Source: Ranitomeya imitator | Lineage: Eukaryota | DNA: 64,000 bases | Direction of reading: 5' to 3' | Assembly: GCF_032444005.1 (NCBI RefSeq) | Contig: NC_091282.1 | Coordinates: 705,746,001-705,810,000, forward strand | Part shown: positions 38,624 through 47,532 of the stretch, piece after piece | How positions within the stretch are numbered: position 1 is the first letter of the stretch | Layout of the letters: each line of letters opens with the position of its first letter | Translations under genes and position numbers: made by a program | Notes under the pieces: model-generated | Databases searched by the model: none | What the model saw: only the letters and a program-made list of their open reading frames with translations | What the model was told of the DNA's origin: nothing

Positions 38624-39153
38624 TTAACAAAGCAAAAAATAGCTCACATGCAAGATGATCAAAAGAACAAAATATACAACCCTAAAGAGATTGCGAATAC
38701 TTTCGCAAGATATTACTCCTCACTCTGTAATCTCAAGACCAATAACCTTATCCCACAACCCAATGCTGAGCTAATTAATAACTTCCTGAATAGCATATCT
38801 TTACCCCAAATCCCAGAGGATAAATTGATGGAAATAAATCAACCTATGAGCCAAAAAGAAATCCAACAAACCATTCAGGCAACAAAAAATAATAAATTCC
38901 CAGGACCGGATGGTATAACTAATGAATACTTGAAGTTATTTGACCACAGACTGTAGGCAAAAGGGCCAACAAGTGCTAAGCATTTCTGGGAACTCCTTCA
39001 AGATTGTTGGAAGACCATTCTCGGTGACTACCTCTTGAAGCTCATAAAGAGAATGCCAAGAGTGTGCAAAGCAGTCATCAAAGCAAAAGGTGGCTACTTT
39101 GAAGAACCTAGAACATAAGACATAATTTCATTTGTTTCACACTTTTTTGTTAA

Positions 39154-39317
39154 AGGGACTCTGTCACCTGAATTTGGAGGGAACAATTTTCAGCCATAGA
39201 GGTGGGGTTTTCGGGTGTTTGATTCACCCTTTCCTTACCCGCTGGCTGCATGCTGGCTGCAATATTGGATTGAAGTTCATTCTCTGTCCTCCGTAGTACA
39301 TGCTTGCACAAGGCAAG
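39154..39317. mobile_element. Exact half (164 bp) of the 328-bp palindromic MITE
   Basis: TTAA|AGGGACTCTGTCACCTGAATTTGG...; homology ends at the palindrome centre, where Penelope sequence begins. Confidence 0.85.
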
Positions 39318-39848
39318 CCCCGCAACATAAAAGACTGTTTAGTCCGTGCCGACATAGGCTCAATACAACCTCACACTACTCAGCGGTTCTTGAGCAACCC
39401 TAAAACAGGAACTTTCCCCTGTCTGAGTTGCAATCAGTGCAACAGTGTCCTTAAAGGCAATGTCATTCATCATCCGCACACAGGCAAGAGATACCCCATT
39501 AACGGTTTTTTTACCTGCAACACCAACTTTGCTGTATATCTGATTAAATGCCCCTGCGGGCTCCTGTACATAGGTGAAACCACCCAACCAGTCAAATCTA
39601 GGATTTCTAAACACAAATCGACAATAAGATGTAAGAATCTCTTACTTCCCAAACCAGCACATTTTGCCGAAAAAGGCCACAACATGTCCCAGCTCAAATT
39701 TCAAATAATAGAACACATTACATCACCTCGCCACGGTGGAGACCGCGTCTCAATTCTCAAACGCAGAGAGGCGTATTGGATACACGAGCTCAACACACTG
39801 AGCCCCAGGGGTCTCAACAGAGATTATGAGTTATCATCATTTATTTAA
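39318..39848 (+). CDS. Penelope GIY-YIG endonuclease (5'-truncated, open to stop)
   Basis: PRNIKDCLVRAD..CLSCNQC..FTCNTNFAVYLIKCPCGLLYIGETTQPVKSRISKH..REAYWIHELNTLSPRGLN. Confidence 0.88.
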   Translation, partial: PRNIKDCLVRADIGSIQPHTTQRFLSNPKTGTFPCLSCNQCNSVLKGNVIHHPHTGKRYPINGFFTCNTNFAVYLIKCPCGLLYIGETTQPVKSRISKHKSTIRCKNLLLPKPAHFAEKGHNMSQLKFQIIEHITSPRHGGDRVSILKRREAYWIHELNTLSPRGLNRDYELSSFI

Positions 39849-40378
39849 GATTACTGTCACAATATCACCTCCTATAGAATACCCCAGGGGGCCAGTTGAG
39901 CTCTACGGCTTTCGGAACATGTGATGTCACTTTGTATCTGTCCGTTTTTGATGACTGTTTATTATTTTCAGCTCAACCGCATTTACCAAATGTACCACTG
40001 CGTTCCTATATGTGATGCCCGCTAACCAGGTCTCCTCTCTGTATCATACCACCACATAGCTGGGCACCTCTATTTATGTTTGCTTTTTTCATTCATTTAG
40101 CATAAATGTATTTACTCACACATTTTGTGATCAACAATATGATCATATGCGTAATCACCGTTCCAGATGACTAGTAATGTGTTTTCTTATGTTAAAGAAA
40201 TGTACATGGGGCGTGGCCTGAGAGTCCATGTGAGCGGACGTGCGGCTGTGAGCTCCCGCCGCTGTATATTGTAAAATCCTGCAGAGCCGCTGCTGTTTGG
40301 TCCCTGCGGGGGCTTACTGGCTGCGGGGAGACTTGGAGAGGCCGGCGGTGCTGTTCGGTAGCGCTGGAACCGACGAAC

Positions 40379-41425
40379 ATGACCAGGAGACGGCAGAAGG
40401 ACGCGGGAGCCGGGGATGCAGGTGCAATCCAAGATGGCGCCGACTTGAGGGAAAAGGCAGACAAGGAGAACGCTGCATGCAGAAAGCGCATGGAGGTAGC
40501 GGCAAAGCCCCAGCAGTTTGCGAGAGCGGAGGCCGCAGAGGAGGGAGCCGGAGCTGATACCGAAGAGGAGGAGGAGGAGGAGAGCCCAGCAGGAGAACAT
40601 GAGGTACAACAGGGGAGAAAGGAGAGTAAAATGGCGGTGGCAGAAGGGGGACCCGAGGAAATGGCGCCAGAAGCTGAGCCTACCCTAAGAGACGTTTTTG
40701 CGCTAGTCTCTTCATGTAAACAATCTCTGACCATACAGATACAGGAGGTTAAGGGGGACACAGCCCAGATAAACGCAGCCATGCAGAAGATTGACAAACG
40801 TGTGGGGGAGGTAGAGGAGAGAGTGAGCACTGCAGAAGACCATATAGTGCAGCTGCAAAAAGCAGAGAAAAAGTTCACTCAAGCAATAGCTGAATTGGCT
40901 GCGAAAAATGAGGACCTTGAGAACAGGTCCAGAAGAAATAATATTCGCATAGTGGGCATCCCTGAAAAAGCTGAAGGGAGGAATCCAACGGAATATATTG
41001 AAAAATGGCTGTTAGAGACATTTGGAGATATGGCGCTAACAAAAGTGTTCGCGGTAGAAAGAGCGCATAGGGTCCCGCCGAAACCACCTGTCCCTGGAGC
41101 GAATCCCCGTACCATGCTCGCCAAAATTCTAAACTATAGAGACAGAGACATTATCCTGAGGAAGGCCAGAGACATGACGGATCTGACAGTTGAAGGTCAA
41201 AAGATTGCTATATACCCAGACTATTCTACTCTGGTGCAGAAACAACGGATGATGTTCACGGGTATCAAGAGACGGCTGAGGGAATTGGGTGTGCAGTATT
41301 CCATGATGTTCCCAGCAAGACTGAGGGTGGTGGCGTTTGATAAAATTCATTTTTTCCAGAAGCCGGAGGACGCTACCCAGTGGATCGATATTAATGCTAA
41401 AAAGCTTAAAGGAAAAGGAGACTGA
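40379..41425 (+). CDS. L1 ORF1p (coiled coil, RRM, CTD), 348 aa
   Basis: EDLENRSRRNNIRIVGIPE, VERAHRV, IYPDYS, MFPARLRV; uninterrupted. Confidence 0.93.
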   Translation: MTRRRQKDAGAGDAGAIQDGADLREKADKENAACRKRMEVAAKPQQFARAEAAEEGAGADTEEEEEEESPAGEHEVQQGRKESKMAVAEGGPEEMAPEAEPTLRDVFALVSSCKQSLTIQIQEVKGDTAQINAAMQKIDKRVGEVEERVSTAEDHIVQLQKAEKKFTQAIAELAAKNEDLENRSRRNNIRIVGIPEKAEGRNPTEYIEKWLLETFGDMALTKVFAVERAHRVPPKPPVPGANPRTMLAKILNYRDRDIILRKARDMTDLTVEGQKIAIYPDYSTLVQKQRMMFTGIKRRLRELGVQYSMMFPARLRVVAFDKIHFFQKPEDATQWIDINAKKLKGKGD

Positions 41426-41870
41426 AACTGTGGGAAGAGTCTGAAGTTGTTTACTTATCTGTCAGTTGGAAAAGAGTCATGTGATTGACAAGCCAAGGGG
41501 TATGGGGGGGGAAGAAGGGAGCTGGATTATATCCAGTTAAAGTTAAAGGGATGGTGTAATGGCTGCTGGGAAAGGGGGAGGAAGGGTTTGCGACATATTT
41601 TAAGTTTATGCAGACTTCTTGTGTGTGCAAATAATTCTAAGTTAAAATGTTTTGAGAACGTTATTTTTCAAAATGTCTGAAATCCTGTTATGTACAGTGG
41701 TGGGAGGAGGGTTGGGAAGGTAATGCCAAACGGAGTGTTCGCTATGGGCGATGATGCCCCACTCTTGGAAAGAGGTGGAATGGTTAGATGTGAGGGGGGA
41801 AGGGTGGGAGGGGGAGTTGGGAGGGGCGGGGGGGGGGGGAGGGTAGTTAGACAGCCTGAGCTCAAAATTG

Positions 41871-44800
41871 ATGATACTTATAGTGAAGATGAGCCAAGTG
41901 ATGGGGACCCGTTTTAAGATTTTGTGCTGGAATGTGAGAGGCCTAGGGGAGAAATCTAGACGTGCTGCGTGTTTGCAATATGCAAGAGACCAAAGGGCCT
42001 CAATGATATGCTTGCTGGAGACGCATTTGGTAAGGGAAAAAGTGGATGTTTTGAATAGACGATGGATCCAGAGGGGATATCATTCTACCTTCTCCACGTA
42101 TGCAAGAGGAGTCTCAATCTTGGTTCCAGCGGGAGTTCAGTATGAGGAGGTGAAGGTATATGTGGACGTGGAGGGACAGTATGTACTATTACGGTGTATA
42201 CTGTATGGAGTGATGCTGTGTGTTGCCGCGATGTATATTCCGCCTCCCTACTCTAGCAGGAAGATTAGAGAAGTAATGGAGCGAGTGGAAAAATGGGGAC
42301 CGACACCGTTAATAATTATCGGAGATCTAAATAACATCTGTGATGAATATTGGGATAAAAATAAAAATACTCAGAATAGGTCGGAGGGACACATAACAAC
42401 ATTTGGCACCTATATACAGGAGATAGGTTTGATTGATCTGTGGAGGGTTAGACATGTGGGGGAGAGAGGGTACTCATGTTATTCACCGGCACATGCCACA
42501 CTCTCTAGGATTGATATGGCTCTGGGTAACAGGATTTTGGACACATTGGTTGGGGAGGTGAGATATCTGCCAAGGGCCTTGTCGGACCATAGTCCAATTG
42601 AAGTAGAGGTTAGATTGGAGGGGGCTCGCTCGCTAAGTGGGAGAGAATGGAAGATTCATCCTAATTGGTTACAGAGTATTGAGTTGGAAAGTATAGGACG
42701 GGAGGTGGTGGAATTCTTTCTCTTAAATGATGGAAGCGCCGACGCTCTTACAATTTGGGATGCAATGAAGGCGTACCTGAGGGGACTACTGTTTAGGGAC
42801 ATTAGTAGGTGTAAGCGGAGGACGAGAGAGGTAGAAAAAGCGGCAGTTGAGGAGTTGAAGGAAGCAGAGGATGGGATGGCCACACTGGGAACCCCTGAGG
42901 CAGAGAGAAGAATGAAAAACGCACAAAATCATTTGGAAAAAATTCTGCTAGGCAAAGCTGAGAGGAAACGAGATTTCCAAAGGGTATTGTTCTATCAGGA
43001 GGGAGAAACAGTGGGACATATGCTGTCGGTAGTGGCTGCTGCTCAGAGAGGTTCTTCATATATACACTCTTTGGATTCTGCTAGTGGAGGTAAAATAACG
43101 GAAACACCTGAAATTTTGAGAGCCTTTGCGGACTTCTATGCAGATTTGTATTCCTCTCGGGTTGGTGAATCGGTCGAGGATGCACTGACTTTCTTGGAAG
43201 ATCTGGATTTGCCGAGACTGAGTGAGGCAGATAGGGAGAGCCTTGAGGCCCCTATCACTGAGGAGGAATTGAGTCGGGCATTGATGTCTATGGCCAATGG
43301 GAAGGCGCCTGGGGTCGATGGGTTACCCGCTGAGATCTATAAAGGGTTGGCAGAAGTGTTGATTCCTAGATTAAAAATGGTATTGGAGGAAGCTAGGTCT
43401 TGTGGGCGCTTGCCAGCCTCTATGAGAGAGGCCATAATAGTGGTCATTCCAAAGGAGGATAAGGACTTGGGGAAACCGGAGTCGTACCGCCCAATTTCTT
43501 TACTAACAATTGATGTCAAGCTTCTGGCCAAGGTGTTGGCTCTCCGCCTCTCTAGTGTTATTGCGAGTCTGGTGCATTCGGACCAATCTGGCTTTATGCC
43601 GGATAGATCAACGGCGATCAATTTGCGGAGGTTATATGTAAATTTGCAGGTAGAGTCTGATAACTGTGGTCGAAGAGTGATTGTATCGCTAGATGCACAC
43701 AAGGCGTTTGACAGCGTCGAATGGGGGTACCTCTGGCAGGTGCTGGAATGTATGGGGTTTGGCCCACAGTTTGTGGCCTGGATACAGCTGTTGTACTCAT
43801 TACCATCCGCCAGAATTAGAGTAAATGGGGAGCTATCTCGTCCTATAGGGCTGGCTAGGGGTACTAGGCAGGGATGCCCGCTTTCACCCCTCCTGTTCGC
43901 GTTGGCTGTAGAACCTCTTGCTGCTAAGATTCGGCAGTCGGATGGGGTCCCTGGGTTTAGGTATGGCAAAGTAGAGGAAAAAATAGCGTTATATGCGGAT
44001 GATGTTTTGCTGTTCCTGGAGGATCCAGACAATTCACTAAGAGGGGCCGTTGAAATTGTTGAGAGATTTGGTACTGTGTCGGGACTAACAATTAATTGGG
44101 ATAAGACGGTTCTTTTTAGAGTGGATGACGTAGGAGAGAATGTGAGTGAGGATGTTGGGGATGAGAGGCTGAAGGTGGTTTCCCAATTTAAATATCTTGG
44201 AATATGGATTTCGGTGCCGGTGGCGGAGTTTCTGCAAAGAAATTTGACTCCTGTTATGGGGGTACTCAAGGCAAAGGTAGACGCCTGGAATAAGCTACAT
44301 CTATCGGTCGTCGGTAGGGTAAACCTTATTAAAATGGTCCTTATGCCCAAAATTCTTTATGTTCTGCATAACGCACCAATTTGGATCCCTCGGGGGAAGT
44401 TCAGGCAGATTAATGCCCTCTTTAGAAGTTTGATATGGGGTAGACAATATCCACGTATTAGCTTGGAGACGCTTCAACGACCCAAGGAAGATGGTGGTTT
44501 GGCTTTGCCCAACCCGGAAATATACTTCCTTGCGGCCCAGAGCCAGCATTTGAAGGGCTGGGCGCGAGGGGCGTCATCCAGTGCAGTACAACAGCTATTG
44601 GAAGAGGTGACGGACCGACGACCGATGGCCAGGTGTTTGGAGGATGGCTCATTGGGCGCGCTGGGGAAAATATACCCAACCCTGTTCCTGATTCGTAAAT
44701 TATGGAATAGATTAAGGCAGATTCGTGGGGTTACAGGGTTGACTAAATTCACACCGATATGGTCTAACCACAACTTAAAGGATTTTGAGGCCCTGGGAGG

Positions 44801-45653
44801 ATTGATGGAATGGCAGAATAAGGGAATTTGCTTTGTTCACCAGATAATCCAGCAGCAGGAGCTGAAGTCCTTTTCCCAATTGCAGGAAGAATTTGGTTTG
44901 CGATCCACAGGGGAATATCAGTATGCGCAGATGAGACATGCCTTTAGAGCTCAGAATAAGAAGGCTGATATCAGGGTTCAAGATGATATAGTGTTGGAGT
45001 ATGTGTGTGGTGAGGGTACTACAAGGGGAGTTATTTCCACTCTGTATAAGGACCTTATGCACACATTTCTGCTAGATTTCCCTATAAAGGCGAGGGCTAA
45101 GTGGGAGAGAGAAGTGGGGCCGATGGAAAATGAAACCTGGGAATCGGTGATGGAGTGGGTTCCGCGACTATCCTTGAGTGAACCATATAGGCTCTCGCAG
45201 CTATACATTTTGCATAGGGTATATAAATCTCCGGAAGTGTTATACAAAGCGGGATTGCGTGCCAATTCTGGGTGTCCGAGGTGTGCGAGTGAGAAGGCAG
45301 GAATATATCACATGATGTGGACGTGTCCGAGACTGGCTGCCTTTTGGGTGGTGGTTTTGAGCCGAGTTGAAGCAGCGTATAAGTGCAGAGTTGTTAGAGA
45401 CCCGATAGTATGTGTGCTGGGATATGTGGAAGAAATTGGAGTTGACAATACTTGGAAGATTGCAATTGCTAGGCTACTCTACATGGCCAGGAAAGTAATA
45501 GCACGAAACTGGATAAACGCGGAACCACCTGTGAGAAGGGAATTTCTCCAATATGTTCAACATGGTCTAAAATTGGAAAAGGGGGTGTACAGTAAAAGGG
45601 GGAAAATAGAACTCTTTAATAAAATATGGTCTCCTTGGCTTGATTTGGATTGA
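41871..45653 (+). CDS. L1 ORF2p (APE endonuclease, RT, C-terminal Cys motif), about 1260 aa
   Basis: WNVRGL, GDLN, SRID, SDH; KAPGVDG, YRPISLL, QGCPLSP, YADD; CPRC..HMMWTC. First ATG at 41871; alternative ATGs at 41889 and 41901. Confidence 0.95.
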   Translation: MILIVKMSQVMGTRFKILCWNVRGLGEKSRRAACLQYARDQRASMICLLETHLVREKVDVLNRRWIQRGYHSTFSTYARGVSILVPAGVQYEEVKVYVDVEGQYVLLRCILYGVMLCVAAMYIPPPYSSRKIREVMERVEKWGPTPLIIIGDLNNICDEYWDKNKNTQNRSEGHITTFGTYIQEIGLIDLWRVRHVGERGYSCYSPAHATLSRIDMALGNRILDTLVGEVRYLPRALSDHSPIEVEVRLEGARSLSGREWKIHPNWLQSIELESIGREVVEFFLLNDGSADALTIWDAMKAYLRGLLFRDISRCKRRTREVEKAAVEELKEAEDGMATLGTPEAERRMKNAQNHLEKILLGKAERKRDFQRVLFYQEGETVGHMLSVVAAAQRGSSYIHSLDSASGGKITETPEILRAFADFYADLYSSRVGESVEDALTFLEDLDLPRLSEADRESLEAPITEEELSRALMSMANGKAPGVDGLPAEIYKGLAEVLIPRLKMVLEEARSCGRLPASMREAIIVVIPKEDKDLGKPESYRPISLLTIDVKLLAKVLALRLSSVIASLVHSDQSGFMPDRSTAINLRRLYVNLQVESDNCGRRVIVSLDAHKAFDSVEWGYLWQVLECMGFGPQFVAWIQLLYSLPSARIRVNGELSRPIGLARGTRQGCPLSPLLFALAVEPLAAKIRQSDGVPGFRYGKVEEKIALYADDVLLFLEDPDNSLRGAVEIVERFGTVSGLTINWDKTVLFRVDDVGENVSEDVGDERLKVVSQFKYLGIWISVPVAEFLQRNLTPVMGVLKAKVDAWNKLHLSVVGRVNLIKMVLMPKILYVLHNAPIWIPRGKFRQINALFRSLIWGRQYPRISLETLQRPKEDGGLALPNPEIYFLAAQSQHLKGWARGASSSAVQQLLEEVTDRRPMARCLEDGSLGALGKIYPTLFLIRKLWNRLRQIRGVTGLTKFTPIWSNHNLKDFEALGGLMEWQNKGICFVHQIIQQQELKSFSQLQEEFGLRSTGEYQYAQMRHAFRAQNKKADIRVQDDIVLEYVCGEGTTRGVISTLYKDLMHTFLLDFPIKARAKWEREVGPMENETWESVMEWVPRLSLSEPYRLSQLYILHRVYKSPEVLYKAGLRANSGCPRCASEKAGIYHMMWTCPRLAAFWVVVLSRVEAAYKCRVVRDPIVCVLGYVEEIGVDNTWKIAIARLLYMARKVIARNWINAEPPVRREFLQYVQHGLKLEKGVYSKRGKIELFNKIWSPWLDLD

Positions 45654-46313
45654 GGAGTATAGGCGTCGTGTTTCCTAAGACCTGGAAGAGGATAAATTAC
45701 AAGAGGCAGATAATGCCTCGGTGGGGTGGAGATTGAGACTGAGCTGTCTTATGGGGGAGGGGGGTAGTTGGGGTAATGTTGGGGTTTATTAAAGTAAGAA
45801 AATGTGTATCTGATATAATGCAATGTAAATGGCATTCTGTTGTTCTCCTTTTTTTATATTGTTAATAAAAATCTATTTAAATTAAAAAAAAAAAAAGAAA
45901 TGTACATCTGCCACATTTTTCTGTATGGTACGTACAGGACCGCTGTTTATTTATCATGCTGTCATTTGGTATTTTGCTAATCTTCTTTCTTCTCCTTACA
46001 GAATCGGCCTCTCTGAATTCACCCTTCTGACATCTGTGACACCCTGCGGCCACCGTATTGCACCTCTGCACCAGCTAGTATACTGCTCTGGAACGCACCT
46101 CCATCTTTTATTTCTTTAGTGGAACGCACTGCACACCACCCCTTGCGGTCATGTGACACCCTCGTCACCTCCCTCCGCCTCTTCCGGCTCCTTTGCCGGC
46201 ATTACAATGCACACACTACCCCCTCCCTCTACTATTTAGGAAGGTCCCGAGCGCACCGTCCTCAGCCTGCACTTGCGGTGGACACCGCATGCTTCCTGTT
46301 GCTGAGAAGGCGG

Positions 46314-46942
46314 GTAAGTTCTATGCTCCACATGCCCTACATGCTTTCCACTGTAGCAGTCCAGCTTGTCATACATGCAACGTCCTTTCTCCCTCTATGC
46401 AGATAGTGCGCATTATTCTTGCAGCCCAGACTGGCGTTGTATACTGTGTGGCCCCTACTTCATTCAGCAGGTGAGTCCTCTGCATTACATGCCTATATAG
46501 TGCTAGCAGTCCACTGTGCCATAGGTGTCATATTATCCTTTGTTCTGCAGATAGTGTCAGTTTGTGACACACTATCTTATCTCCATAGTTTGTGCCTACC
46601 CCTTGAGCACTATTTTGCAGCCCATACTGGCGGTACATACTGCGTGCCTCCTGCTTCATTCAGCAGGTGAGTCATCTGCATCTTGTGCCCACATAGTACT
46701 AGCGTGTCCCCGTGCCATATGTGTCACACTACCCTTTCTTCCGCAGATAGTGTCAGTCCGTGACACATTACCCTATCTCAGTAGCTTGTGTCTACCTCAT
46801 GCGCACTATTTTGCAGCCCATACTGGCGGTATATTCCGCGTAGCTCCTGCTCCATCCAGCAGGTGGGTCCTCCGTAGCACATGCCCATATAGTATCAGCG
46901 GTTCACAGTGTCATATAGGTTACACCTTCTTCTCTCCTGCAG
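46314..46942 (+). repeat. 196-bp tandem repeat made of exon-like and 80-nt intron-like units
   Basis: Donors at 46471, 46667 and 46863 (CAG|GTGAGT, GTGGGT); acceptors YnGCAG at 46550, 46746 and 46942; period exactly 196. Confidence 0.75.
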
Positions 46943-47493
46943 TTAGTGTCACTTGTGACACACCATTGTATCTCTGCGGCTTGTGCCTACCCCTGCGACC
47001 TATATATCTTCAGGCTTTTTATTGGTAGGTGAATTCTACTACATATGATACACCATACGCCCTATCAGTTTTTCACGTAGCCTATATATTCACTCTTATT
47101 ATCACTTCAACTTGCATATTGACCTCTCTTTTTAGATGCAATCTAATCTTACTACTCGGGGCTTCTCTAAGCATACTAGTATATTAGGTAGGTTTATCTT
47201 TCTCATGTTTTCCCATCCTACCACCCCCTCCTACCGTAACCCCTTATTTTTCTCCGTGATACACTACCTTATCTTTATACGCATACGTTCAATTTGTCCA
47301 GCTGTTATATCTCGGCTATCTTGTTTGATGTCTTGCTATTGGAGTTGTGTTTTATTATTCTCAATCATGACTGTATTCTCCCATGTGATGTATATCTTTT
47401 GTTTTTTCTGTTTTTTTGTTTATGTTTATTTTCATATTTTGATCCTTTTTTTATACATTGGATGTCACTTTCTCTGTATATATTTCCCTTCAG

Positions 47494-47532
47494 CACACTG
47501 ATGAAGGTCCAGTAACGACCGAAACGTTTGTG
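47494..47532 (+). ncRNA. Minimal type I hammerhead ribozyme (Penelope-associated)
   Basis: CACA-CTGATGA-A-GGTC(cagtaac)GACC-GAAA-CG-TT-TGTG. Stem I CACA/TGTG, stem II 4 bp, palindromic ACGT stem III, predicted cleavage after GUU at 47528. Confidence 0.8.

Larger units (their letters stand above)
40208..45893 (+). mobile_element. Intact full-length L1 (L1-B, 5686 bp)
   Basis: Perfect 14-bp TSD AAAGAAATGTACAT (40194-40207, 45894-45907), G-rich 5' end, two open ORFs, AATAAA and poly(A). Confidence 0.97.

Noticed and set aside
43337-44350. 337-aa antisense ORF (also 40192-40878 and other long ORFs opposite L1 or gag-pol)
   Set aside because: Shadow frames of intact TE coding sequence, with no recognisable domains.
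46193-47028. Cys/His-rich repeated ORFs in the Penelope tail as a novel protein
   Set aside because: The frame changes between 196-bp units and splicing introduces stops; better explained as a non-coding repeat.
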